From: Candidatus Enterousia sp.
Lineage (GTDB): Bacteria; Pseudomonadota; Alphaproteobacteria; Rs-D84
DNA length: 64,000 nucleotides
Assembly (NCBI GenBank): GCA_045634865.1
Contig: JAZRBB010000002.1
Location: 5,088-69,087, forward strand
Direction: 5' to 3'
The notes beneath the pieces are model-generated. The model did no database searches. It saw only the letters and a list, made by a program, of their open reading frames with translations, and had not been told where the DNA came from. Each line of letters starts with the position of its first letter. Position 1 is the first letter of the stretch. The translations under genes were made by a program, and so were the position numbers. Shown piece by piece: positions 39,850-48,934 of this stretch.

Positions 39850-41394
39850 TTAAATGAAATCATCTGGTGCATCAATAACGTCAGGAACCACAGAAGTATC
39901 AGCAACATTTTGTTGTTGATACTGAGTATCAAATTCATCTGTTGCAGGTTGTGGACCAAATTGGTTAAGATTGTCAAACAAATAGTATTCGCCAAAGAAA
40001 CTTAAATGCACTGTTTCAGGTTTTCCATGACGGTTTTTTGCGATAATTAAATCAGCCTTGTTTCTGGCATTGTCCAGACGATTCTGCCAATGCTGGGTCG
40101 CATTTTCAGATGCATTACCAGACAGTCGTTGTTCAGGTGAACGTCCGCTTAGATAATATTCTTCGCGGTATGTGAACATAACAATATCAGCATCTTGCTC
40201 AATAGAACCGGATTCACGCAAATCTGATAACACAGGGCGTTTATCATCGCGTTGTTCGACACTACGTGACAATTGTGATAGGGCGATTACGGGGACGTCC
40301 AGCTCTTTTGCTAAGATTTTCAATCCACGAGTAATTTCAGATAATTCTTGGACACGATTATCGCTGTGTTTGCCCCCAGGCGAAGTCATCAACTGCAAAT
40401 AATCGATAACGATTAAAGCAATGCCGCCAGATTGACGGGCAATTCTGCGTGCACGTGTTTTTATCATAGCCACAGACATATTTGCGGTGTCATCAATAAC
40501 CAATGGCAATTTCGATAATGCATTGGCATATTCAGACATTTTCATAATGTCTTCGTCAGTTAAATTACCATCGCGCATACGTGCCGCAGGAATTTTTGAT
40601 TGGGAAGATAATATACGTGCTGCTAATTGTTGATTTGACATTTCAAGACTGAAAAACACGACTGCGCCATGGTATTTATCATTTGCGCGCTTGTTAAATA
40701 TAGCATTTGCAGCATTGAATGCGATATTCATTGCAACAGTAGTTTTACCCATACCAGGACGACCAGCAATAATCAGCAAATCAGAATGATGCAGGCCACT
40801 GATAGATTTATCCAAATCATCAAGACCAGTGGTCAAACCAGACAATTTACCATCGGCTTTATAAGCAATTTCTGCTTCTTCCAAAGCACCTTTTAATGCG
40901 TCTGCCAATGAAACAATATTATGTTCAGACTTACCGGTTGAAGCCAAGTTAAACAATTTTTGTTCAGCAGATTCAATTTGTACGCTGACAGGATTATCCA
41001 AATCTTCGGTATATGCGTTGTCCATAACGCTTTGCCCCAGACCGATTAAATCGCGACGTCTGGCATTATCAAAAACGATTTGTGCATAATGGTCGACATT
41101 TACAACAGTTGAACCAGCAGATGCCAGTTTAGAAAGGTATTCTACACCGCCAACGTTTTCCAAAACACCTTGTTGTTCAAGATATGTTTTTGCGGTGATT
41201 ATATCAAACGGTATCCCCGCAGAAAATTGACGTAATGCCAGTTTATAAATTTCTTGGTGAGCGGGATGCGAAAAATGCTCTGGCAACAGAAAATCAGAGA
41301 TGTTTTCCAATGCACGATTGTTCATCAAGACCGCGGCCAGAACGGCTTGTTCGGCTTCTAGATTCACAGGTAAGGTTTTCGGAGTAAAGTCCAT
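39850..41394 (-). CDS. dnaB: replicative DNA helicase DnaB
   Basis: Start MDFTPKTLPVNLEAEQAVL (ORF-track 5' extension is spurious); Walker A GRPGMGKTT; Walker B LIVIDYLQLM; RecA-like and N-terminal DnaB domains. Confidence 0.85.
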   Translation of the reverse strand: MDFTPKTLPVNLEAEQAVLAAVLMNNRALENISDFLLPEHFSHPAHQEIYKLALRQFSAGIPFDIITAKTYLEQQGVLENVGGVEYLSKLASAGSTVVNVDHYAQIVFDNARRRDLIGLGQSVMDNAYTEDLDNPVSVQIESAEQKLFNLASTGKSEHNIVSLADALKGALEEAEIAYKADGKLSGLTTGLDDLDKSISGLHHSDLLIIAGRPGMGKTTVAMNIAFNAANAIFNKRANDKYHGAVVFFSLEMSNQQLAARILSSQSKIPAARMRDGNLTDEDIMKMSEYANALSKLPLVIDDTANMSVAMIKTRARRIARQSGGIALIVIDYLQLMTSPGGKHSDNRVQELSEITRGLKILAKELDVPVIALSQLSRSVEQRDDKRPVLSDLRESGSIEQDADIVMFTYREEYYLSGRSPEQRLSGNASENATQHWQNRLDNARNKADLIIAKNRHGKPETVHLSFFGEYYLFDNLNQFGPQPATDEFDTQYQQQNVADTSVVPDVIDAPDDFI

Positions 41395-42241
41395 GTCTTT
41401 TAGATTAAACGAAAATTTTAATAATTCAATACCTTTTTTGGTGGGGTATAAACATTTGAAAATACCAATAGTCGACAGTGCCGGAAATCCAGCATGGCCA
41501 GAGTTATTTCCAATTGAAAAAATCAACGATTTACAACGAATTGTGGGCCCAAGACATTTTTCTGCCCAAATGATGTTGGAATATATATCAGAAGAAAAAG
41601 CATATCTGGACCCTGGGGCATTAAAGTTTTACGTCGACGATTTTGATTACCGTAATTCACATATCGGGGAACATTTAATCACAGGTGTTTCGTTGTATTG
41701 GGATCCATCATCTGGACATCACGTATCAGATGGTAGTGTTTGTGCCTTGGTTTATCGTGATGATAAAAATAAAACCGCTTTTATTCACGACATTATGTAC
41801 ATGAATGTCGAGGACGAAGATTTGCATCCGCTGGCGACACAATGCGAACAGGTGCTGGCTTTTATGCAAAGACACAAAATAAGCAGAATAGGGGTTGAAA
41901 TCAATGGTATTGGTAATGCATTACCCGAAATATTGCGACGCATATCGGATGCAGAGCAAATGTCTATCAATATTATTCAGATAGCAAATCACACCAAAAA
42001 AGAAACCAGAATTTTGAATGCTATTGAACCGATGTTGACTACGGGTCGCTTGTTTGCCAGAAACACAATTCAGCAAACAATGTTGCTGTCTGAAATGTTG
42101 GCGTGGTCGCCAATTGGTTCCAAAGAACATGATGATGGTTTGGATGCTGTTGCAGGTGCACTTGCAATGACACCGATTCCAACCAGAACTTTGATAAATC
42201 ACTCTGGTTTAATCAAGGCAAATACTGAATTCAACATATAA
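41393..42241 (+). pseudogene. large terminase subunit, C-terminal hinge plus nuclease part (TIGR01630-like); no start codon of its own
   Basis: NPAWPELFPIEKINDLQRIVGPRHFSAQMMLEYIS hinge motif; acidic nuclease residues (VDDFDYR, HDDGLDAVAGA); frame is open from 41300 but overlaps the dnaB start on the opposite strand. Confidence 0.65.
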
Positions 42242-42263
42242 CAAAAACAAAAGGATAAAATAA

Positions 42264-43487
42264 ATGCAAAAAAATCTTATGCAATTATATAAACGTGCGC
42301 TAGATGAACGCAGTGTATGGCTTAATCGCTGGAAAACGGCTATGCGATATACAATTCCAACAGACGATTCAGATGTCGCAACACTATTTGATGCTACTGC
42401 ATCTGATGCCGTTGATAATTTGGCAGCATCTATGTATTCTTTGCTGACACCACCAGAATCTTTGTGGATAAATTTAGTTCGTGAAAGCGAATTGTCACCA
42501 AATGCAGAATTTGCAACAGATATGTTGCGTGCGCATTTGAACGATTCTAATTTTTATACAACAATACATCAATGTTATACAGATTTGGTTGTTTTGGGTA
42601 CAGCGTGTTTATTTATGGCAGAAAATCCAATCGGTGCAGATTCTGCATTTTCATTTACTGCAATTCCAATGTCTGACATAGCGATATTACCAGGCGCAGT
42701 TTTTCATGCGACTTCTATGCCAGCCTGTGATTTGATGGACAAATATCCAGATTTTGTAATGCCGTCGCATATGCGCGATACCGTTAAAAATAATCCGCAA
42801 ACCCAAATCAGATTGGTTCAATCTTTGATAGGTAAAGATTTTACAGCATGGGTTGATGTCGGTGGGGATATTGAAAATAATATTGTTTCGCGTGGCACAT
42901 TTGAAACAAATCCATATATTATATTCCGTTGGTCTGTGGTTAGTGGTGAATTATATGGACGGGGGCCGGTATTGCGTGCTTTGCCAGATATAAAAACTGT
43001 AAATAAAGTTGTAGAATTAGTCTTGAAAAATGCAACTATCGCAGTCAGTGGTATATGGCAGGCTGATGATGATGGAGTTATCAATTTATCAAATATAAAT
43101 TTAACACCTGGGGCAATTATACCAAAAGCTGTGGGCAGTTCGGGTTTAACCCCGTTATCCAGTGGTGCAGATTTTGATATATCGCAAATTGTACTACGTG
43201 ATTTACGCGACAGAATCAGACATACTTTATTGGCAGACAGACTTGGGTTATTATCAGATAAAGAAATGACCGCCACAGAAATATTAGCGCGTAATTCGGA
43301 TATGGTGCGCATATTGGGCGCAACCTATGGCCGTTTGTTGCACGAATTTATCAGGCCACTTTGTGAACGTGGTTTGCAGATATTATCACGTCGTGGATTG
43401 ATAGATAAAATATCTTTGCACAGCGATGCAGAATTGAAATATATTGCGCCAATCGCACAAATGGCACGTGAAGAAATGGCTATATAG
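42264..43487 (+). CDS. T7 gp8-like portal (head-to-tail connector) protein, 407 aa
   Basis: N-terminus LYKRALDERSVWLNRWKTAMRYTIPTDDSD.....DAVDNLAASMYSLL parallels T7 gp8 VYERLKNDRAPYETRAQNCAQYTIPSLFPKDSD...GARGLNNLASKLMLAL. Confidence 0.65.
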   Translation: MQKNLMQLYKRALDERSVWLNRWKTAMRYTIPTDDSDVATLFDATASDAVDNLAASMYSLLTPPESLWINLVRESELSPNAEFATDMLRAHLNDSNFYTTIHQCYTDLVVLGTACLFMAENPIGADSAFSFTAIPMSDIAILPGAVFHATSMPACDLMDKYPDFVMPSHMRDTVKNNPQTQIRLVQSLIGKDFTAWVDVGGDIENNIVSRGTFETNPYIIFRWSVVSGELYGRGPVLRALPDIKTVNKVVELVLKNATIAVSGIWQADDDGVINLSNINLTPGAIIPKAVGSSGLTPLSSGADFDISQIVLRDLRDRIRHTLLADRLGLLSDKEMTATEILARNSDMVRILGATYGRLLHEFIRPLCERGLQILSRRGLIDKISLHSDAELKYIAPIAQMAREEMAI

Positions 43488-43496
43488 GATTGAAAA

Positions 43497-43697
43497 ATGC
43501 AAGATATAGAAAAACAATATGCACGAACATTTGCTACACCATCTGGAAAACAAGTGCTGATTCATTTGCGTTCCATAACATTGGAACGCATTGTCGGACC
43601 AAATGCTTCAAATGAAGATTTGCGCTGGTGGGCTGCACAAAATGCTTTGGTACATCAAATTGAAAATTTAATAAACAAAGGGAAAAATCCAACATGA
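43497..43697 (+). CDS. small phage protein
   Basis: 66 aa, overlaps next gene start. Confidence 0.3.
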   Translation: MQDIEKQYARTFATPSGKQVLIHLRSITLERIVGPNASNEDLRWWAAQNALVHQIENLINKGKNPT

Positions 43698-43954
43698 CAA
43701 AGCAAAATACAATGAATGACATATTAGAAATTCTGCGCAACAGTTGGTTTTTAATTGCTTTTGTCGCAGGCATTATTTATTGGGTTGCGCGTCAGGATTC
43801 GTCATTGTCTGAATTGGAACGCCAAGAACAACGGATAACATCTTTGGAAAACAGAACCACAATTCTTGAATCTGGTATCGGTCAATTGCAATTGAAAATA
43901 GACGGAATCAAAGAAGATGTGACAATGATTAAAAGCGCAGTTATTAAAAACTAG
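43694..43954 (+). CDS. small membrane-anchored coiled-coil protein
   Basis: TM helix WFLIAFVAGIIYWV followed by heptad region. Confidence 0.35.
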   Translation: MTKQNTMNDILEILRNSWFLIAFVAGIIYWVARQDSSLSELERQEQRITSLENRTTILESGIGQLQLKIDGIKEDVTMIKSAVIKN

Positions 43955-44328
43955 ATTGCATTTTTTGCCCAATATATTTTATGACCACAGACAACGATTA
44001 CATCAAATCTGGCATCGCCAGTCCAATGCGTGTTCATCAGATATGTTTCTGCTGCGCGTCGTAATCGTGCAGATTGATTTGGTGTAATCGCATTCCACGC
44101 CGCATCAATACTTTGACGACATTTTACTTCTATGAAAACAATAGTATTTTTGTGGCGTGCGATTATATCTATTTCTGCACGATTGGTATTTTTACCAGTT
44201 ATATATCTGCTTTTTAATATTTTATAACCATGAAAGCGTAAATACCATCTGGCCAGAAATTCAGAATATAAACCAATTGTGTAAGAAGTTTTTTTAGAAT
44301 GCATACGGTTTAGCCTGGAAATTTTCAC
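43951..44328 (-). CDS. yraN: YraN-family (UPF0102) endonuclease-like protein
   Basis: IDIIARHKNTIVFIEVKCR motif of UPF0102. Confidence 0.65.
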   Translation of the reverse strand: MKISRLNRMHSKKTSYTIGLYSEFLARWYLRFHGYKILKSRYITGKNTNRAEIDIIARHKNTIVFIEVKCRQSIDAAWNAITPNQSARLRRAAETYLMNTHWTGDARFDVIVVCGHKIYWAKNAI

Positions 44329-45076
44329 GTGCAGATTGAATGTTGTTTGCAGAATCAGTCGCGTTTAATCCCTTGTCAGATAATACCAGTTGGCCATAAT
44401 AAGCCTGCATCATTGGGCCATAAGCATTTTCAGATGAAATCCATTTGTCTTCATCAGAATTCGGGGTACCGTATTTATCCAAAACCCCTTGCCAGAAAGC
44501 CAGAATCTTTTTTTCACGTTGATTGGCAAATTTTTCACTTTCCCCGTCCATATCATTGACATCATTGTTATATACAACTTTCCAAACAAGATTGTCTGTA
44601 GCATTACTCGTAAAATATATATCAATAGTTTCGCCAGTAAACTGTCTTTCCAAATGAATTTCAGAAACATATAATAAACCGCGATTGCGTGCCAAAGAAT
44701 AAATACATTTTTCCAATTTTTCAGGCACATAAATTTTGTTCTGGCGACATTCATAATCCAGATTATATTTCCAATCTTTATTGATAGTATATATCACACT
44801 GTTTTTTTTGCGCGGTGCATACAGGCCAGAGCCATTAAAAAACAAATTATTTACCTCGTCATAAGACATCCCAAGCATTATTCCAGCAATATCAAAATGT
44901 TGAACATCAACAACGTCTGCATCAGAATTCAATGAAACACTTTCTGTTTCGACATCTTCGCCAGAGTCATCAACAATTGCGAAATCATCAAAAGACGTTT
45001 CATCTTCGGCACGAATGGCTGATATATTAAAAGCCGTTACACATATGGATATCAAAAGTAAAAGTTTTTTTATCAT
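44294..45076 (-). CDS. secreted protein, possible VirB9-like component (position only)
   Basis: Signal peptide MIKKLLLLISICVTAFNISAIRA; last gene of the lipoprotein-TM-TM-secreted operon. Confidence 0.3.
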   Translation of the reverse strand: MIKKLLLLISICVTAFNISAIRAEDETSFDDFAIVDDSGEDVETESVSLNSDADVVDVQHFDIAGIMLGMSYDEVNNLFFNGSGLYAPRKKNSVIYTINKDWKYNLDYECRQNKIYVPEKLEKCIYSLARNRGLLYVSEIHLERQFTGETIDIYFTSNATDNLVWKVVYNNDVNDMDGESEKFANQREKKILAFWQGVLDKYGTPNSDEDKWISSENAYGPMMQAYYGQLVLSDKGLNATDSANNIQSARENFQAKPYAF

Positions 45077-45085
45077 TAATGTGCC

Positions 45086-45718
45086 TCAGATTTTTTGTAT
45101 ATTTTCCACCCTGAACCTGAACAGTGTAGCAGGATTACCACCATTTTTCAACAGTTCTCTTATGCTTTTCATATCTACACTTTGTTTTAATCCTGGTTCA
45201 AATGTTATTTGTAATAACACGGTTCCAAAATAATCAACCACAGGCGCAGCCATATTGTTAGATTCTTGCCATGTTCTGGTTGCATAATGAACCTCAAATA
45301 AATCAGGGTCTTTGGTGGGCAGTATGTTCACAGGATCAACCCACACATTACGAAACATTTTGTGTTGAGCCATATCTTTTATTGTGTTGGCTTCACCAGT
45401 CATCCATTGTGAATAAACTTCTTTGCTGGATAATTTTTCAATATTAGTTTCTTGATTTATATTGTTTTCCACTGGGATAACCTTGAAATATTCTGCAACA
45501 TATTTTTGTATAAGTTTGTTGCGCACGGCTTCTGGGGACATCTTGTTCATGTTTTCCAATGGGCCAGGTCTTTGTAATGAACTGTCATCCATCTGGAAAA
45601 TATAAGTTTTTATGGATATTTGCTTGTTCGCATTATAAATCAAAACCGTCAAGAAGATTGTCGCAAAAGTGATTGCGAATAGCAAAATTCCCATAAAAAA
45701 CGATTTCAGTTTATTCAT
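45086..45718 (-). CDS. VirB8-like bitopic membrane protein (paralog 2)
   Basis: N-terminal TM, about 170-aa periplasmic domain, C-terminal NPATLFRFRV resembling the VirB8 NPxG region. Confidence 0.4.
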   Translation of the reverse strand: MNKLKSFFMGILLFAITFATIFLTVLIYNANKQISIKTYIFQMDDSSLQRPGPLENMNKMSPEAVRNKLIQKYVAEYFKVIPVENNINQETNIEKLSSKEVYSQWMTGEANTIKDMAQHKMFRNVWVDPVNILPTKDPDLFEVHYATRTWQESNNMAAPVVDYFGTVLLQITFEPGLKQSVDMKSIRELLKNGGNPATLFRFRVENIQKI

Positions 45719-46427
45719 TTTTTATTCCTAAATCGCCAGACATTCTGTATGCATTAAAATCTTGGACATAATAGCCAGAATTTGCAGGATATTTCCCTTT
45801 TTTATCTTGTCCTAATTCTAAAAACACTAATACTTCAACTATACCATGTTGAGCCGACATTATTGTTGCGAAAGATTGCCAGATGTTTGACGCGCTTTCA
45901 GCTTGGGCCGGTGGTGTGATTAATTGTGCCACAACATGCATGGTTTCGAATTCTTGTTCTATTCTGTCGCGATATTCAGGTATAATTTTTTCTGTAAATT
46001 GCTGGAATAATTCTGAGCTGGATGAACAATATAGCGCGCATTGTGTGTCCATCGGATCATAGCGTTCCAATGAATTACAATCGCGGTTATTACACGTTTT
46101 CCACAAAGATTCGTTTACGGAGTTATCTTCATTTATGCTGAACCAGTATTCCACATACTTCCGAACCAGATTTTCCTGGATAATTTGATTTGTTGTGATT
46201 TTAGATGTGTCTTCTGGATATGCGGCTATGCTCCAATCAGATGTTAATGGATCGGCAGAAATCAACAATGGAAAATTATTTTTAGATTTTATCAATAATA
46301 ACATCAACCCACAAGAACAAATAATCAGAAAGAAAACAATCATAATCCAAATAGAAGCACTACGGGAAAGTGCTATCGTTTTCCCAGCAGGAAAAGTTGG
46401 TGTGTTAAAATCGTTTGGGTAATTCAA
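45711..46427 (-). CDS. VirB8-like bitopic membrane protein (paralog 1)
   Basis: Same architecture as 45086..45718; LVRKYVEYWF ~ LIQKYVAEYF shared block. Confidence 0.4.
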   Translation of the reverse strand: MNYPNDFNTPTFPAGKTIALSRSASIWIMIVFFLIICSCGLMLLLIKSKNNFPLLISADPLTSDWSIAAYPEDTSKITTNQIIQENLVRKYVEYWFSINEDNSVNESLWKTCNNRDCNSLERYDPMDTQCALYCSSSSELFQQFTEKIIPEYRDRIEQEFETMHVVAQLITPPAQAESASNIWQSFATIMSAQHGIVEVLVFLELGQDKKGKYPANSGYYVQDFNAYRMSGDLGIKNE

Positions 46428-46453
46428 TCAATCCCCCCAATGATATAACCCTG

Positions 46454-46609
46454 TTATGCTTGATATACCAAAACACAAGCACAAGGACTTAATTTCAATT
46501 CATTATTGTCATAGCCGATACCAACTGGTTCACGATCATAAATCTGACCACAGCCAGCAATTCCAAGGCCGATAACAAGCAATACAAAAACCATCAGAAT
46601 TTTTTTCAT
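46454..46609 (-). CDS. small lipoprotein (VirB7-like position)
   Basis: Start MKKILMVFVLLVIGLGIAGCGQ with RBS aaggag; about 51 aa. Confidence 0.35.
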   Translation of the reverse strand: MKKILMVFVLLVIGLGIAGCGQIYDREPVGIGYDNNELKLSPCACVLVYQA

Positions 46610-46673
46610 GTTCAATCTCCTTTCCTTTCTAAAAGTATAAGAAAAATTCATCCCCCGCGTCAAGACAAAACAA

Positions 46674-48932
46674 TCAGAATTGTGTTGCAAATGAAAGCAA
46701 GAAACGTTGTTCCTGATCGTATTTATTCATCTTTAATGGCCAGCCCCAAGAAAAGTTCATCGGTCCCATTGGGGTGTTCCAATAAATACCAACACCAGCA
46801 GATGTTCGCCAATCTTCATCAATATGAATATTTGGGTTGGCTGTATTCAGATTTTTCATTGGTGGTTTACCCAATATACCATAGTCTGCAAATATAAAAC
46901 CCTTGATTTGATATTCATCAGGAATAAATATTGGGAAATTCAATTGTGTTGAACCATTGGCTTTCCATAATCCACCCAAAGAGTATGACCCAAATCTTGA
47001 ACCAATACCTGCGACATCAAAACCGCGCAAAGAATCACCGCCCAAGAAATAACGATATACACGTGGAAGATAATTATCGCTTTCCAAAGATTGTACATAT
47101 CCAAAATCCCAAGATGTTTTCAACTGCCACCTGTCGTCCAAGAATTTAACCATTGCAGTAATATCTGCGCTGTATCGCATGAAAGTATTTGTTCCGCCAA
47201 ATCCAGTATAAGCAACGCCAAAATCTCCAACTATACCGGTATGAGTGTTTTGTTGGAAATTTGTGTTCAGATTATAATAGCGCAGGCTTGTCCCCAATGT
47301 ATAAAGATTTGCCTTGTGCCAACCACCTAACTGCAAATCATAGTTTTGGTCAAACGTTGCAGATAGACGCATCGTTTGTGTCCATTGGTCAGTCAAACGC
47401 CAGCCTAGACGACCAGAAACTGCGAAAGAATCACGGTCGTACCCATAACCACCTAAACTGGAATAATCATATTTAGTATAAGATACATCAAAACCGCCAG
47501 ATAATTCACGATTGAATAAAAATGGTTCTGTAAAACTGAACAATGCCTGTTTTTGATATTGTGCGATTGAGCCCTTAATCTGAACTATTTGACCGCGTCC
47601 CATAAAATTATTTTCAGTTATTCCAGCATCAACCATAAAACCGTTTATTGATGACCACCCAAGCCCACCAGATAATTCCCCAGTTGGCTGTTCTTCGACC
47701 TTTACATCTAAATTCATCATATTAGCATCAGACAGACGTGTAGGAACCATCTGAACATCTTTGAAATAACGGGTTCGCATCAGATTCTGGCGCGCAGTTT
47801 CAACAGTCTGTAATGAAAACGGGTCGCCTTCACGCATAGGTAAATGATGTTCGATAACATTATCAAAAGTACGAACATTCCCTAACAGATTTATGTTGTT
47901 TATATAAATTCGATTTGTCTTTTTTATCTTGAAATTGATATCAACAATTTGTGTATCATCGTGTTTATCAGGAATAACATCAACATTGATAAACGCATAC
48001 CCATGATCTGCCACAGCACTTCTTAATGCGTTTATAGAAGCGTCTATTTCATCGATGTTATAAACATCACGTTTGGAAACTGTCAAAACATCAAATAGTT
48101 CATCATTTGGAACATCAGGAAAAGGGTTGTCAATAGTAATATTACCAATTTTATACTGTTTTCCTTCATCTACAGTATATTTTACAGAATAGTATTCGCG
48201 GTCTGGGGTAAATTCGCCTTTGACTTCTGTGATACGAAAATCTAAAAATCCATTTCGCATATAGAATTGGTGCAACATTTGTTGGTCGTATTTTATTCTG
48301 TCTTCATCATACACATCAAATTGTGTCATGATACGCCACCAAGCGTGCTCGCGTGATAATATCTCGCTACGTAATTCGCGCGAACGGAATTTTTTATTAT
48401 TCTCAAAATCTATGTCTCGAATATAGGTTGGATGTCCTTCCTTGATCTCATACACAACATTGACGCGATTGTTATCCAGTTCTATTTTCTTTGGATTTAT
48501 CTTTGTCCCAAAGAAACCTTTGCGTTGATAAAGTGTCAACATGCGCTGAACATCTGCACCAATCACAGAAATATCATAAGATGCACGTTCTTTGGTTTTT
48601 ATTTCTTTTTTCAAATCATCGGTATCGATTTCATCGTTCCCTTCGACTGTCACCATATTTATAATAGGTGCCTCTTGAACGGTGATTTTCAATGTGTTGC
48701 CGTTTAATGTCGCATTCACAGATGAAAAATAACCGCTGGCTTGTAGTTTTTTAGCAACATTGTTTATCTTTTCAGAATTGACATTATCGCCAACTTTTAC
48801 ATTTGATAAAATACGTACAGATTCAGCATCCATACGCTGATTACCAACAACATCAATGCGTGATAATATTGTGGCATTTGCATGACCACAAAATCCAAAC
48901 ATTCCCAAACAAAATATCAGTTTTTTATACAT
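46674..48932 (-). CDS. bamA: outer membrane protein assembly factor BamA
   Basis: 752 aa; signal peptide; POTRA repeats; C-terminal Omp85 barrel ending ...SFATQF. Confidence 0.9.
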   Translation of the reverse strand: MYKKLIFCLGMFGFCGHANATILSRIDVVGNQRMDAESVRILSNVKVGDNVNSEKINNVAKKLQASGYFSSVNATLNGNTLKITVQEAPIINMVTVEGNDEIDTDDLKKEIKTKERASYDISVIGADVQRMLTLYQRKGFFGTKINPKKIELDNNRVNVVYEIKEGHPTYIRDIDFENNKKFRSRELRSEILSREHAWWRIMTQFDVYDEDRIKYDQQMLHQFYMRNGFLDFRITEVKGEFTPDREYYSVKYTVDEGKQYKIGNITIDNPFPDVPNDELFDVLTVSKRDVYNIDEIDASINALRSAVADHGYAFINVDVIPDKHDDTQIVDINFKIKKTNRIYINNINLLGNVRTFDNVIEHHLPMREGDPFSLQTVETARQNLMRTRYFKDVQMVPTRLSDANMMNLDVKVEEQPTGELSGGLGWSSINGFMVDAGITENNFMGRGQIVQIKGSIAQYQKQALFSFTEPFLFNRELSGGFDVSYTKYDYSSLGGYGYDRDSFAVSGRLGWRLTDQWTQTMRLSATFDQNYDLQLGGWHKANLYTLGTSLRYYNLNTNFQQNTHTGIVGDFGVAYTGFGGTNTFMRYSADITAMVKFLDDRWQLKTSWDFGYVQSLESDNYLPRVYRYFLGGDSLRGFDVAGIGSRFGSYSLGGLWKANGSTQLNFPIFIPDEYQIKGFIFADYGILGKPPMKNLNTANPNIHIDEDWRTSAGVGIYWNTPMGPMNFSWGWPLKMNKYDQEQRFLLSFATQF

Positions 48933-48934
48933 AT

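Noticed and set aside
41300-41392. N-terminal 31 codons of the ORF-track 41300..42241 protein (MFSNARLF…)
   Set aside because: This stretch overlaps the dnaB start region on the other strand and has no RBS. The meaningful terminase-homologous sequence begins near 41393.
41395-41526. 5' extension of dnaB ORF (MIFSIGNNSGHAGF…)
   Set aside because: Conserved DnaB N-terminus begins at MDFTPKTLPVNLEAEQAVL. The extension overlaps the terminase C-terminal frame.
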